Part shown: positions 52,481 through 64,000 of the stretch, in pieces | How positions within the stretch are numbered: the first letter of the stretch is position 1 | Layout: each line of letters starts with the position of its first letter | Notes under the pieces: generated by a model | Database searches by the model: none | Seen by the model: only the letters and a program-made list of their open reading frames with translations | Told to the model about the DNA's origin: nothing | Source: Camelus dromedarius | Taxonomy: Eukaryota | DNA: 64,000 nt | Assembly: GCF_036321535.1 (NCBI RefSeq) | Contig: NC_087436.1 | Coordinates: forward strand, 48,920,001 to 48,984,000 | Reading direction: 5' to 3' | Translations under genes and position numbers: made by a program

Positions 52481-54572
52481 TTTAGCAATAAAAAAGTGGG
52501 AAACTTTCAAGTTAAATTTCAGGAATAAAGAGATGGAAATTTTTCTCTAAAATCTTCCTATGGTTGTGGAGAAACAAAGTAATAATAACCTGTGTTGATA
52601 AGCTGATCACCATGACCTCTGATTTCCAATTTTTTAGAATACAATGAATGTTTTCAATATAAAAAAAAATGCTATGGCCCTATCCCATACTGGTAGATGG
52701 TCTTCTCATATACAATGATAATGAAGAAATTCAATGATAACTACCTGTGCTGAAGTTCATAAATTTCACTGGGCTTAATCCATTAAAAAAAGTTCATCCA
52801 AGTACATGATACATGTAGAAAAAAAGGGTGTACATATATGTGAAACAATCATCCCTTCACTCTCCAGGCATAGTGTATGAATGAATTCCAGGACATCTTG
52901 AAATAACTAGATTTTGCTAAATCCAAGACCTCCCAGTTGGGACTCAAACAGAGGATTATAAATTTTTAATAATCAGCAGGTGCTACAATTTTAGACAAGT
53001 ATTAACTGCTGTTGGAAGAACCCTTCTGCCTCCATGAAGGAAAGTGCTCCACCAGTACCCCCCACCCAGTGTTTCTTTCCATTCATTTCCTTTAAGCTCA
53101 CACTCTTTCCCCAATTCCTATCCCCTTCTTTTCTCAGTATGCTCTGTGGATCATAGATCAGAAAGAAGATCTGGGAAAGAAGTTGAGTAAAAATAAGAAT
53201 GCAATTTTCTATGGAAACAAGTAAGTGAAAAATGTGATCATTTGGGAACCAAAATACATACTTTGAAGTTGAAAGAAAAGATTGTTCCTTTAACTCCTGG
53301 AGAAGACATGGAAAATTTTTTCTCTTTCTATTTCATTTATTCCAACCAAATAAAACCTAAATATTATAAATTAAACACTGTTTAATGTAAGTATAACATT
53401 TTATGAAAAGAAACCTGAGAGATTTTCCAACAGGGAAAACTTGTTGGAATAGTGGCGCTACGTTATAACATCTCGTTATTTGCTCATCATTTCAAAAAAT
53501 TTCCCTTTTAGGCTAAAACTTTCCAGAAGTTAACCCTAGCCAAGGACATTTTGGGAAGGAGTAAGTTAAACTGGGTCCCTTTACCCCTTCGTGGAGTAAA
53601 GTAACTTAATATATCCACCACCACACCTTACACTCCCATGGACTCATTATGTTTTGATTCACAGTTAACAAAAGTTTTTACGTGGCTAGTCCTTAAGGAT
53701 TATTGTCTTTGTTCAAACATGATGCCCCATAACAAGAAACTGAAAGAATTTCCAAAAGTGATTTTAATTTTTACTTGGAACACTCCATTAGAATAATATT
53801 AAGAAATACCAAATGTGGTAACAAATTGAAATCTATTCCTTTAGATGCTGCATTTCATGAGCTTTTAGCTTCCTCCCTAAATGGCGAAGCTATCTCAGTA
53901 TATGAGCAGCCAAAGTGCCCAGATGACTAGAAGTTAGAAGTTTTCCCCTAGAGGGGTGGCCTTGGATAGGAAGAAGGAAAATCATAGATAGAATTATAAC
54001 AACTAGATATGAAGCTAGAAATGTGTCTTCCAGCTACCAAAGACCTTGGAAAAGCCCCTTCATTCTTTTTCTATTAAAAAATAAACAGATCTCTAGGGCC
54101 TCTGAAAGGCATGGGAAATTTGGTGTTATTTTTAACTAAAAAAAACAAAAAAAGGAGGCTGCAGACAGGCTATTCTAATTTTAGCTACACTTGCATTTAT
54201 AGCCTATTTTTCACTTTCCTCATACAGATCAGAATCCTTAAAAAACCCCAAAGAGGCTAAGTGATTAAGTCTTTAGCAAATAACTTCCATAAATTTGGAA
54301 ACTGTATTAAATCAGTATTTTGTGCAATCTAATGGGTCACTAATGCTACTCTGTAAATGTCCCTTGTTGAATAAATAAAAAACGTGGATTTCCAATTTAC
54401 AGGATATAGATGCTGATGTGGTATTGTGCTTCTAGACAGTTTTAATCTTTTCTTTCTTAGCGTCTCCAAACCCTGAAATTACTGCTTAGATTGGATCTAC
54501 AGTCATGAAAACAGCCTCCGTGCTTCGAGAAAGCTGCAAGTGGGTACTGTGGGTGTGGTTTCTCCTTCTAAA

Positions 54573-54760
54573 GTAGTGCTTAACTTAGGTGTGTTTCCAC
54601 GGCCACCTGAGGGTGCTTGTTAAAGTGCAGATTCACGGACTGGACCTCCAGCAATCCTGATTTTTTTGGTCTGGAACAGGGCACAGGAATCTGCACTTTT
54701 AATACAAATCCCTGGTGGCTCCAACACAGGGGAACTTGCGCACCAAGAAACACTGCCCTG
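54573..54760. mobile_element. MER5-like hAT-Charlie MITE
   Basis: CACCTGAGGGTGCTTGTTAAAGTGCAGATTC...GGAATCTGCACTTTTAATACAA internal inverted structure, ending GAAACACTGCCCT. Confidence 0.65.
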
Positions 54761-55039
54761 ACGTTTCAGAGGGCTTCGAAATTATTTTCTGGATACAAAT
54801 ATTATTTTCTCTTTTGAAAGATAATGGGCTTCAAAGAATAGCCAAAGGTTATGAGCTCAAGTTTATTACAGAACCAGGAAATCTCTCTACCATCCTTCTG
54901 GAAATTAGTTTTGAACCTGACCGTGACAACTTCTGGTGTGTTATTTAAATTAACTCTTGTGTTATTATTAAGCTTTCCAGACAGTTTTGTTTATCTACCA
55001 ACTAGAAGATATGTTCCCAGGAGGCAAGAACTATGGCTC

Positions 55040-55141
55040 TGTGTGTGTGTGTGTGTGTGTGTGTATGTATATATATATATATGTGTATGTATATATATAT
55101 ATATATGTGTATGTATATATATATGTGTGTGTATATATATA
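55040..55141. repeat. Compound (TG)/(TA) microsatellite, about 100 bp
   Basis: Read directly from the sequence. Confidence 0.95.
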
Positions 55142-56672
55142 ATATTTTCAACATTATCTGTCTACTTTTAATAAATATTTATTAGACCCTCAATAAACAT
55201 ATTTTCATTTTGGTTAAAGCAATCTGTGTTGCTTTAAAGTCTGCCTTAACTTCAGAGGCGTGAAGCCGCCTCTCTCATGGCTATTGCTTCAAATCCAGTT
55301 GTTCCAGGATTCCCCAGCAGGGTGGAAGATGGAGGCCACACCTAATATTCATCAGAAATTGGCCACTGTGCACTTGGGCTCTGTTATTTAGCCACAAGGA
55401 AAAGGCAGAGCCCCAGTAATAGCTTTGACTGATTACCTGGCAAGGGAAACCAAGCCCTTGGGGTGTCCAGACTCTCTTTGGCCTATAAACCTGTTTGAAA
55501 ACCTGTTTCTCAGAATTTAAAGCTTAGCTCAATTGAGGTCAGTATTATAGTAATGTCAATAATTCTACTGCTCTCAGCTTTCAGGCAGACTGGTACAATT
55601 CATCATTAACTTTATTTTCACGGAAAGGCAACTTTTGGGGAAAATAGCTCTAACTTAAGCTATTTTATTTTGATTTTCTTCCCCTTAAGAAATAGTTCTG
55701 CCAATATTACTTCCTTTGGATTTGGTGCTTTCCAGACCTTAGCACCTACCAATGCCTGAAATTATTCCCTAAAATCAGAATGCTGCAGAATATACAAGAT
55801 CTGGGGCCTCCCCAGGACAATAACTTAAGGCTTTTAGAAAAGAACAAATAAGCCATTGGGTCTGAAAGTAATTTTCAGTAATTGGGACTTCATGAAGTCT
55901 CAAAATTACCTCTGCCTTTAGCTGCTTTTTAGGGGGTATGATACTGAGCTGTACTGTCTGATGGAATATTCTGGCACTTAATTTCTTTCTCTTAGAAGTC
56001 AAAAGCTTAATAAATAATAAACTATTGTTCAACTCCCTCTGAACAGACAGCTCTACTTCTGGTTAGTTATCAGAAGCACATGCCAAAATAAATTAACTAC
56101 ATTCTCTTGTGTTATGGATGTCCAGTCCTGGGATTGGAGTTGGAGTGATGATACAAGGTGCTACTTGTTCGCTTGCTGTAAGATTTCTCTCTTTATTTCT
56201 AGAAACTTAAGAAGGAAAATGGCTCAAGATAGACATTTATTGGATTAGATCTTGCCACTACTTTAAGGTAAGAAAGGTGTTCATGTGCACCCAGGGTAAT
56301 ACCATTATTTCTCCCCGGGAAAAAAGTACTTGTAAATTTAAAAGATGTTGCTTCTAATGTATGAATTTATTCAGATGGATGCAACTTCATACTTTAAGGT
56401 TTGTCTAAATTGATTTGCTAACACTGAACTAAACTAGAGAGAATAGAGAAATTGTGAGCTGGAACTAGTGATCACATACTCTTTGAAAATTACCTGATCA
56501 TATTGAGCTACTTGTGGACAGGGCCTAAATTTTTTTTATTTTTGTATTTTCAGGACCCAGAACTATGCTTGGTACAGCACAAGTAACAAATAAACACTTG
56601 CGATGATTTAGGAATTTGAATATTGTTATTTTTCCACAGCATGAAAACGGTTAAAGAACTGCAATAACTTAA

Positions 56673-56690
56673 TGACCAGTAGAGGGCAAT
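56673..56690 (+). promoter_or_regulatory. Candidate CTCF-binding motif
   Basis: TGACCAGTAGAGGGCAAT matches the CTCF core CCASYAGRKGGCR; motif match only. Confidence 0.45.
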
Positions 56691-57193
56691 AAAGTTAACT
56701 TTAAGAAATTATGGGGCCCAGTTTAAACCCACTTTCAGTCTCAGTTCTAGGCCTGGAGAGGCTTTCTCCAGAATAGTGTCATTTAGTCTCCTGATTTCAC
56801 TTTAATCCGGTTGTCCCACATTAAGACCCCCTTTTTGCCTCCCTACAATAGAGTGTCTAAAGGGGGAGGAGCAGACGGGTGGGTGTGCATTGATTTATAC
56901 ACCACGGCTCTCTCTGTTTGGTTAATTCTTAGCCTAATCAAGACAATTTGACAATGGATCATCCTTAGAGATGAAAAAAACCACAAAATGAGTAAGATGT
57001 AGAGTAGGGCAAAAATTGTATCTTTCAGCTTCATGTGGTAGAAAACTATGTATATACAGTAAGATACCAATTCCATTTCAAGGAATCAACCCAAACATGT
57101 TCATATTTACACATATAAATAAGACCAGAAAAAATGAAAACTGGTTTTTAATCCATGATTAGCAAGGAATTAACATGTGGAATAGCAAGAGTT

Positions 57194-57203
57194 TTTATTT
57201 ATT
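57194..57203 (-). terminator. Candidate intronic poly(A) signal (overlapping AATAAATAAA) for a short ARHGEF38 isoform
   Basis: TTTATTTATT on the + strand, about 615 nt downstream (minus sense) of the exon 4 donor/stop. Confidence 0.35.
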
Positions 57204-57819
57204 TCCTGCTTCCTTATATTTTTTCAGATTTTTATAGTGAATAGATATTACTCCCAGATAAAAAGATGTATATTAGCAGCTCCCACTAACTTAGGGATTG
57301 GGAAGGAAGGCATGAGTGACTTTCCTGAATCTAACTTTAACAGGGCCTAGCCTGTCTTTGCCAATCTCCCCTCCTTCCCCAGAGTGAATGAATGTAGGGG
57401 ACAGCAAGGGCCATTCAGAGGGTCACAGGACATCCCACTAACTGTGTTATTCCACATGCTCCCATGACCATGGTGACACACACTGTCTCACACATTCCTT
57501 GACCTAGGTGGGAGCAGCAAATCACAACAGCTTTAAGAGGGGCTTTTCTTCCCCACTTCCTTTTTTGATACTGCATTTTTCTATCTCTACAGAGCCCTGT
57601 ATCTTATCCTGTGTTATTTTTAGTCATCCTTGCAGGGGGGAAAAATGTCAATCAGGGTTTCTGGCATGTCAGCTTTTCATGAAGAGAACACAAAGTAGAG
57701 CTCCCAGCAAGCCTCATAAAACACAGGATTTATATGAGAACTTTCATCTACATCCAGTTAAAATGTTCCCTGCTAGGCAACTGTGAGTGCCTGGAAATCA
57801 TCATTTGAAAAGATCTTAC

Positions 57820-57967
57820 TTTAAGGACTGGATACAGAGGCTCAAATGTTGCTTCAGCTCCTCTTCTTTTTCGTAGGATTCTAGTACACTGTGTGCTTCA
57901 TCATGGTGATAGCAGTAGATTTTATAAATATCTTCCAGCGGCCCTTTAATCTGCAAGAATACTTCTC
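57820..57967 (-). CDS. ARHGEF38: ARHGEF38 exon 4 (DH domain); upstream exons lie beyond the window
   Basis: gcatttatcAG acceptor (57968-57969) and TTAAA|GTAAGA donor; 148 bp, phase 1-2. Encodes (G)EVFLQIKGPLEDIYKIYCYHHDEAHSVLESYEKEEELKQHLSLCIQSL(K). Not in the ORF track. Confidence 0.96.
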
Positions 57968-58359
57968 CTGATAAATGCAAAACAAAGGCAAAATGACATC
58001 AAATCAAACCAAACTGGCACTTCACGTATTTATTTTTCAACAACACTGACCAGTGTTATTAAGTTGGATGGGCTCCATTTTTTTGCACTGGCTATGGGGG
58101 GTAGGGGTGGACGACATCAAGTGATCTTCTTTCCTCCCTTTTCTTTCTTTTTTTCTCTCCTCCATCCATCTTCCCTTCTCCCTTTTTCATCCCTTCCCTC
58201 CTTTCTTCTATAAAACAAAGCATAAAGAGCTGCATGCTGATGGGCAGCAAAAGAAAGCTGGTTTTCTCAGATGATGCACTTGGCTGATATGGATGATCCC
58301 GGTGAAAATAAAGGAAAACAATGAGCATCATTCAGCTCCCAGTTCTGCAAGGGTTAAGT

Positions 58360-58773
58360 TGTCATCCACTGCAATTGCTCACCCTGAGAGGAATTAGGGA
58401 TGAGAAACAAGATGAGTCACTCCGTGCTTTGGATAAACAGGCCTTTAGATAGTTGGGCTTATATCTCAGGAAACATTTCAGTGACCCCCCCCCCCCCCAG
58501 ATTCTTGCATCTTCCCATACATAGAAAAGCACCAGAAACATTAACTTTAAATATCTGTTCTTTGTGATTAGCAGTAACCTTTTACCAAGACATATGTTTG
58601 AATGCATGTATTTCCTAGCCCAAAAAACCATGTACAAACTGACATCGCCTCCACCTCTTTTGGAGCAGTTCCCTCAGAGCCACTGAACTTCTGTCTCCTG
58701 GACTACAGTCCTCAGTAAGCCCCTGAAAAAAACTTATACTCACAACTCTTACTCTGTGCATTTTTCTTTGACA
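58360..58773 (+). mobile_element. ERV1-class solo LTR
   Basis: TGTCA...TGACA inverted termini, 414 bp; U3/R-like GGAGCAGTTCCCTCAGAGC...CAGTCCTCAGTAAGCCCCTGAAAAAAAC (degenerate poly(A) signal); no clear TSD. Confidence 0.7.
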
Positions 58774-58789
58774 CCTGTTAAAGCTGTAC

Positions 58790-59012
58790 TTTAGAACCAG
58801 ACTATATGGATTCGGGTCAGAGTGTGCTACAGACTTGGGGAGGTTATGACTTGGACAAGTTATTTTTACTCTCTGAACCTGTTTCCCCATCTAGAAAATG
58901 GGGGCAATAATAGATCCAATTTCATCGGGTCATTATAAAATTAAAGAGATAGTGTATGTAAAGTTCAGATTACAGTACATACATAGTAAACGCTCAAAAT
59001 GGAGCAGTTATT
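58790..59012 (+). mobile_element. MIR SINE
   Basis: TGACTTGGACAAGTTATTTTTACTCTCTGAACCTGTTTCCCCATCTAGAAAATGGGG. Confidence 0.7.
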
Positions 59013-60134
59013 GTCAATTTGTTAGAGGCACGGAGAGTGAAATTTCAGGTTCTAGGTAAATTATTTTTTGCTATTTTCTTTACTAACATGTCTTGAGTTT
59101 ATCTGAAAGGCAAGCAGTGGAGTTGAAGGAAATAAAATATTCCCTTTTATGTGATAATAGAATTGGCCATTATTCCTGTAAAACTCAATTGGGTAATACT
59201 ATGAACCAGTGTTCTGACTGTTCATAAAGCAATGTGGGCTAATTACGTCCGAGTATTTAAGGAATCCTTTTTGCTATGTGATAACATTGGGTCTATAACT
59301 GATGGCTAAAGGAGATACTGGAAAACAGTTTGATTTAATCACTACTTTATCACTTTAAAGTGCATCTACTACCCAACCCAGCACTGTGTTAGGATGACTT
59401 GGGAGGCACAGAAGACACATGTGATAGATCTGTGCTCAGAAACATTGCCAGTTTGGGATTGATGATGATTTGGGACTGAAGTGATTGGGAGTGTTACGGA
59501 CCTACTAATCTGGGTCTGTTATAGTAACAAGAATAAATCATCCTTCCTACAGAAATATTTTTGACATGTTCTGCCTATATTCACTGCTTAACTCTACACT
59601 TAAGAGGAGATAAGGTTATTTATCCATATTGAATGAGGATGGACAAATCTGGGTTCAAAACAAGTAAATTATTTTTCCAAAGCCCGGTCAGGAGATGGAA
59701 AGCCATGGTTAGAGGCCTATTCTCTTCATTTTCCTGTTAGATTTCAGCCCTTCACACATCAGAGTTTTGCCAGATGCTGAACGCAGTGAGGCAGTTCGCA
59801 GGAGCACTGAACTCGGAATCAGAAGTTACTGCCATTTAGGATTTGTGTGGTGACTTTGGGAATGACTTAAAAAAAAATCTCATTTGTAAAATGGAAATGA
59901 TAGTTATGCTCAAGATGAATTTGAGAATTTAGTAAGATGGGGATGTAAAACCACCTGGCACTGACTAGTTGCTCAGTAAATGTCACTTGCTTCCTAAGGC
60001 TGCTCTGCCATCTAGAATTAAAACACTAGTACTTTTAAAGTATTGTGTTTTTTCTAATTTACATCCAGTCAGTAAAAGATATTTCTTTCTCTTTCCTTTA
60101 TGGAATTTCCCTGTGATTAAAGTTTGACTCTGCA

Positions 60135-60159
60135 TGTGTGTGTGTGTGTGTGTATGTGT
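60135..60159. repeat. (TG)n microsatellite
   Basis: Read directly from the sequence. Confidence 0.85.
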
Positions 60160-61324
60160 TGCTTGGTTTTTTTGTTTTAGTGCTTTTTTGAAGTTGTAAG
60201 GAAACCCAGGGCCAGTGTGCATTTTTGGAATTGAAGGGATGAGGGATTCTTGTTTTGTTCCTTGGATTTTACTGAATTGATCCATCTACCAGCACAGGTC
60301 ATATAGATATGCTCTTTGTGAAAGTCACACAAGTAGTAAGAAAGAGAGCAGTTATAAGAGGAGAAAATAAAGTAGGACAGTGACTAAATTTAGGATTGGG
60401 CATAAGATGAGGAAAGTCTCCTAGTAACAGAGGCAGGTAGCAAATGGGAGGGCTTTGGCTGGACGAGGGAATTAAGACCCAGAAGCGGGAGTGAGCGCCT
60501 GGCTCAGATAAGCCCAGCATTAAGTCAGGAAGAGAGGATCTGAATACACACAGCCCAACACAAGATGAAACTGTAAATATGTATGTTCACTACAAAGCAG
60601 CTTAGAGTAGAGACAAAGGAAGAAAGAGGTCTGGACAACCTCATAAATCCACAATAGGATCAAGTCAGAAGGTCAAAACACAGAGGACAAAGACATTTAT
60701 TTCACGCACAATGAAACCATTAATTGTAAATTCCCCTGTATTTTCTTTAACAGAAGTGGTCTAGTTTGAAAGAATTTATAGCTCTTTTCTGAACAGCAGA
60801 GTTGAATTTTGTACTCTTTTCCAAGGAAAATTCTGTTGGGCCTCTAATAACAATGATTAAAGTGAAAAGATATTTAAGCACTTTAATTGAAAGTCATTTA
60901 TTCACCCAGAGGCCAAGTACAATACTGGTGGGCAGAATATTTGATTCCCCTCCCAGCCCTACCAATGTATTCTGCTTCATAATAGTACAGATGAAGCGAT
61001 GTGTCTTGCAGCAAAAAAAATGATTCTGTTTCCACGGTAACATAAGTCTCAGCTGCGTTTCCTCAGTGGTGAAGGACAACTGCTCTGTCTACCACGTGTG
61101 GGTCTGAAGGGATGATTAGGAGTGGAGGAGGAGTGAGCCAAGACCAGCGAAGGTAATTTCCCCTCTGGCTGCCTGTCACAGAAGCACCAGAATCCTGTGA
61201 AATAAATACAACCATTGTGTGCTCCTTTTTAAAAATTCTACACCCCAACTTTCTGAATTGGCTTCCCCCCAAAATAATTGCCATGGAAGAGCAGGGGGAA
61301 AAATTCACCTTTTAAAATGCTTGA

Positions 61325-61690
61325 GGGGAGGGCATAGCTCAGTAGTAAAGCACATGCTTAGCATGCACAAGGTCCTGGGTTCAATCCCCAGTACCTCAAT
61401 TAAAAATAATAATAAAATTTAGAAAATTGTTAAGTGGGGGAAGGGCATATAGCTCAGTGGTAGAGCACATGCAAGGTCCTGGGTTCATCATGCACAAGGT
61501 CCTAGGTTCAATCCCCAGTACCTCAATTAAAAAAAAATAATAAAATTTTAAAACAGGTGGAGGATATAGCTTAGTGGTAGAGCATGTGCTTAGTGTGCAT
61601 AAAGTCCCAGGGTCAATCCCTAGTGCCTCCATTTAAATAAATAAATAAATAAACCTGATTAACTCCCCCACAAACAACAAATAAACAAAA
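61325..61690 (+). mobile_element. Three head-to-tail tRNA-derived SINE units (starts at about 61325, 61436 and 61556)
   Basis: Three consecutive A-box/B-box heads, each followed by an A-rich tail. Confidence 0.9.
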
Positions 61691-62049
61691 TGCCCTTAGT
61701 CATCTCCTTGAAAAACAACCCCCAAGCACACTGAACATATTTCATGTCCCAGCATCATTTCTTCTGTGCTGTGCATGGCTCCCCCCCTTCACTAATGTAA
61801 ATGTACTCATGCTCCTTTTCTTGGCCCAGCTCTTCTTTACTTCCAGACCCTCACGCCCATCCCCAAGCTGTACCACACCAAATGAGAGGCCTTGATTATT
61901 TTGAGCCCCCTGCAAGATGAACTTCCCCTGCAGGTAAGTAAACCAGGGTGAGATCAATGACATTCAAGAGATCTCCATGTCCTAGGCCCTGTTCAGGAAA
62001 ATGGCATGAAAGGGAATGAAGTAGTTCATAGTCTGTGTTTACTTCATCC

Positions 62050-62615
62050 TTATTTGGCAACAATTTAATAAATGACTATTATGCACCATGTACTTTAGTA
62101 GGTACTGCAGATACAAAGAAGTGACACTTCCCTCCAGGGACTTATGATGGCCAGGAGGGGAGAGGGAAAACCCCCATGTAGCATACCATGTGATAAGAAT
62201 GGTAATAGCTATAAAACACAGTGGTGACCTATTCAGCTCTTGAGAAACTGAGCTATTTCCATAATAGTCTGCCCTTGAAATAGGAGCTAGGAGTGAGTGA
62301 AAAGACACAGAGATGCACTGAGGGAATAGGTTCTGCTCAGAAACTGCAAGTGGTCTCATGTGGCTGGATGGTGCCATGCTTGTGGGAGGCTTCGGAAGAG
62401 ACTATTTTGCTAGGTAGAGGCCAGACCGTGAAAGACCGTACGTAACATTAAGGAGTTGGAACTTTAGTCTGAAGGTGATTGAGAAGCACCGATGGATTTT
62501 AGGCAGCAGACTAAGGTGATTAGATTGTGTTTCAGAAACTTTACTCTGGGAGTTAGTCATATGAAGAATGGAATTTGGGGGAGGATAGAATGCTCTCAAG
62601 GGGAGAGCCGGCAAG
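62050..62615 (+). mobile_element. LINE-2 fragment; further L2 remnants at about 63150-63640
   Basis: TAAGGAGTTGGAACTTTAGTCTGAAGGTGATTGAGAAGCACCGATGGATTTTAGGCAG is typical L2 sequence. Confidence 0.65.
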
Positions 62616-63643
62616 CTCCGGTGAGCAGCCGCACTGAATTTCTTTGGTAAGTTGGTTACCTAGGGTATAAAATGGATGGGCAGAATATTCATTGGGGAAG
62701 GGTGGGTTTCGGATCATATTCCCTGATTTTCATTTCAGCTTCACCTTCCAGAGGGAAGAAGGGATTTTTGTCCCTATTTAGTCTTAATTGGAAGTCTCAA
62801 GGTTAATTTCAGTGTAATGTGGGCACAATGAGCAAAAGATTACATTGGGACACTGGAGATTCTTGCCTTTTCCCACCTTTCTTTGTCATCCCAAAATATG
62901 TGATTTCTTATCATTCCAGAGATTCCTGCTTTTCTCCGTCTACACAAGGACCCCCATTGGTCACAAGATGCATGCTGTTTGGCCTGTGCCCCACTTTCTC
63001 TGCTCGTATCTAGTTATCTGCCTGCTCTAACAATAACAGAAGAGTTGTTTGAAGAATATGTAAAGTATTTATATCAGTAAGTGGCTTGTGCAAATACTCA
63101 CTAGATGGTAGTTATAACCACTACAGCAAAAGCAGGGAGGGTGGAGAACAGAGGGTGAAAAAAAGGACATTGAACGTATGTGAGAGATGAAGGGAGTAAT
63201 TCCAGGCATAGCTCAGGAATCTAGTTTCAGTAAATATGTGGCTGGATAGTGGTGACAAAATAAGGAGAGCGTTTTGATGGGAAGACAACCAGTTTAGTTT
63301 TAGATGTACTGAGTCTGAGTCGCCATAGTATATTCAGGTAGAGAACGCCTTATGGAATTGGGTGTATGAGCCTGGGGTTCAGGGAAAAAACATCTAAGAA
63401 GGAGATGTAGGTATGTAAAACTTGAGTGGTAGAAACCATGAATCTGATATGGTCATTCAATAAGGTCCACAGAGTGAGAAGTGAAGAGAGCATGAGGACC
63501 AAATGCTAGGGAGCCTGGAAGAAAAAGAGTCTGTAGAAAAGTTTGAGAAGTTACAGCCAGAGAGAAAGGAGCAAAACTGGAAGGGGTGCCAGCAAAGCCA
63601 AGGATAAAATAGTGACAAATACTGCAAAGAGACTGAGTAAGTT

Positions 63644-64000
63644 TGTGGGGGACAGAGCCTCCTATTGTCCCCCAATATTAGTACTCCCCCTTTTCTATAA
63701 CAGTGAAGTTTTGGCTGCCCCAAAGAAAAACTACATCTCCCAGCCTCCCTTGCAGTAGGTGTGGCCATATGATGGAAGTCTGCCAGTGGGATGTAGGTAG
63801 AAGTGCTCTGTGATGATACCCAGTAACTTTTCTTTAAGAGGTACCTGGCTCATCCTTTACCCTTCTTCTCTGTTCTTTTGTTCGTTCTGCTACCTGGAAC
63901 TTGGATGCTACCTTGTCCATGAAGATAAGAGTGAGTGGAGCTGTGAGCTGGCAGAAGCTTTATCCCAGAGAACTTAGTGGAGCAGAGCTGCCATTCAGGT
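63644..64000 (+). mobile_element. MaLR LTR (MLT1J-like), running off the window end
   Basis: ACTACATCTCCCAGCCTCCCTTGCAGTAGGTGTGGCCATATGA...GGGATGTAGGTAGAAGTG motif. Confidence 0.7.

Noticed and set aside
54851..55171. ORFs with CVCV/YIYI repeats (also 28300-28542 and 26145-26333)
   Set aside because: These are translations of dinucleotide microsatellites.
15040..57967. Possibility that ARHGEF38 is a pseudogene because several exons are absent from the ORF track
   Set aside because: All eleven exons were found by hand with GT-AG sites; they total 1829 nt and splice in frame to a single stop.
61325..61690. Repeat-spacer-like array suggesting CRISPR
   Set aside because: Eukaryotic context, the units are SINE heads with A-rich tails, and there are no cas genes.

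Overview
This is AT-rich, CpG-depleted mammalian genomic DNA, not prokaryotic. The tRNA-derived SINE family (head GGGGAGGGTATAGCTCAGTGGTAGAG...GGTTCAATCCCCAGTACCTC) suggests a camelid such as alpaca or camel, which is an inference. Two convergent spliced genes are present. On the + strand lie the last three coding exons of INTS12 (end of the PHD finger and the Ser-rich tail; stop at 8566, AATAAA at 8648). On the - strand lie eleven coding exons of ARHGEF38 (exons 4-14 by recalled human numbering; DH/RhoGEF, BAR, two SH3 domains; stop at 15040). All introns are GT-AG and the exon phases join into one uninterrupted frame. Four ARHGEF38 exons are missing from the ORF track in their true frame, including an 18-nt microexon. 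The remainder is intronic, UTR or intergenic DNA with SINEs, L1/L2/MIR fragments, LTRs, a Tigger2-type DNA transposon and microsatellites; most ORFs in the track are spurious. I found no evidence of a new biological system. The best leads are isoform switches in the ARHGEF38 DH domain, a head-to-tail SINE trimer, a divergent Pro-rich BAR exon, and several antisense exon-like cassettes. Repeat family names and human comparisons come from memory and need database confirmation, and boundaries of old repeats are approximate.
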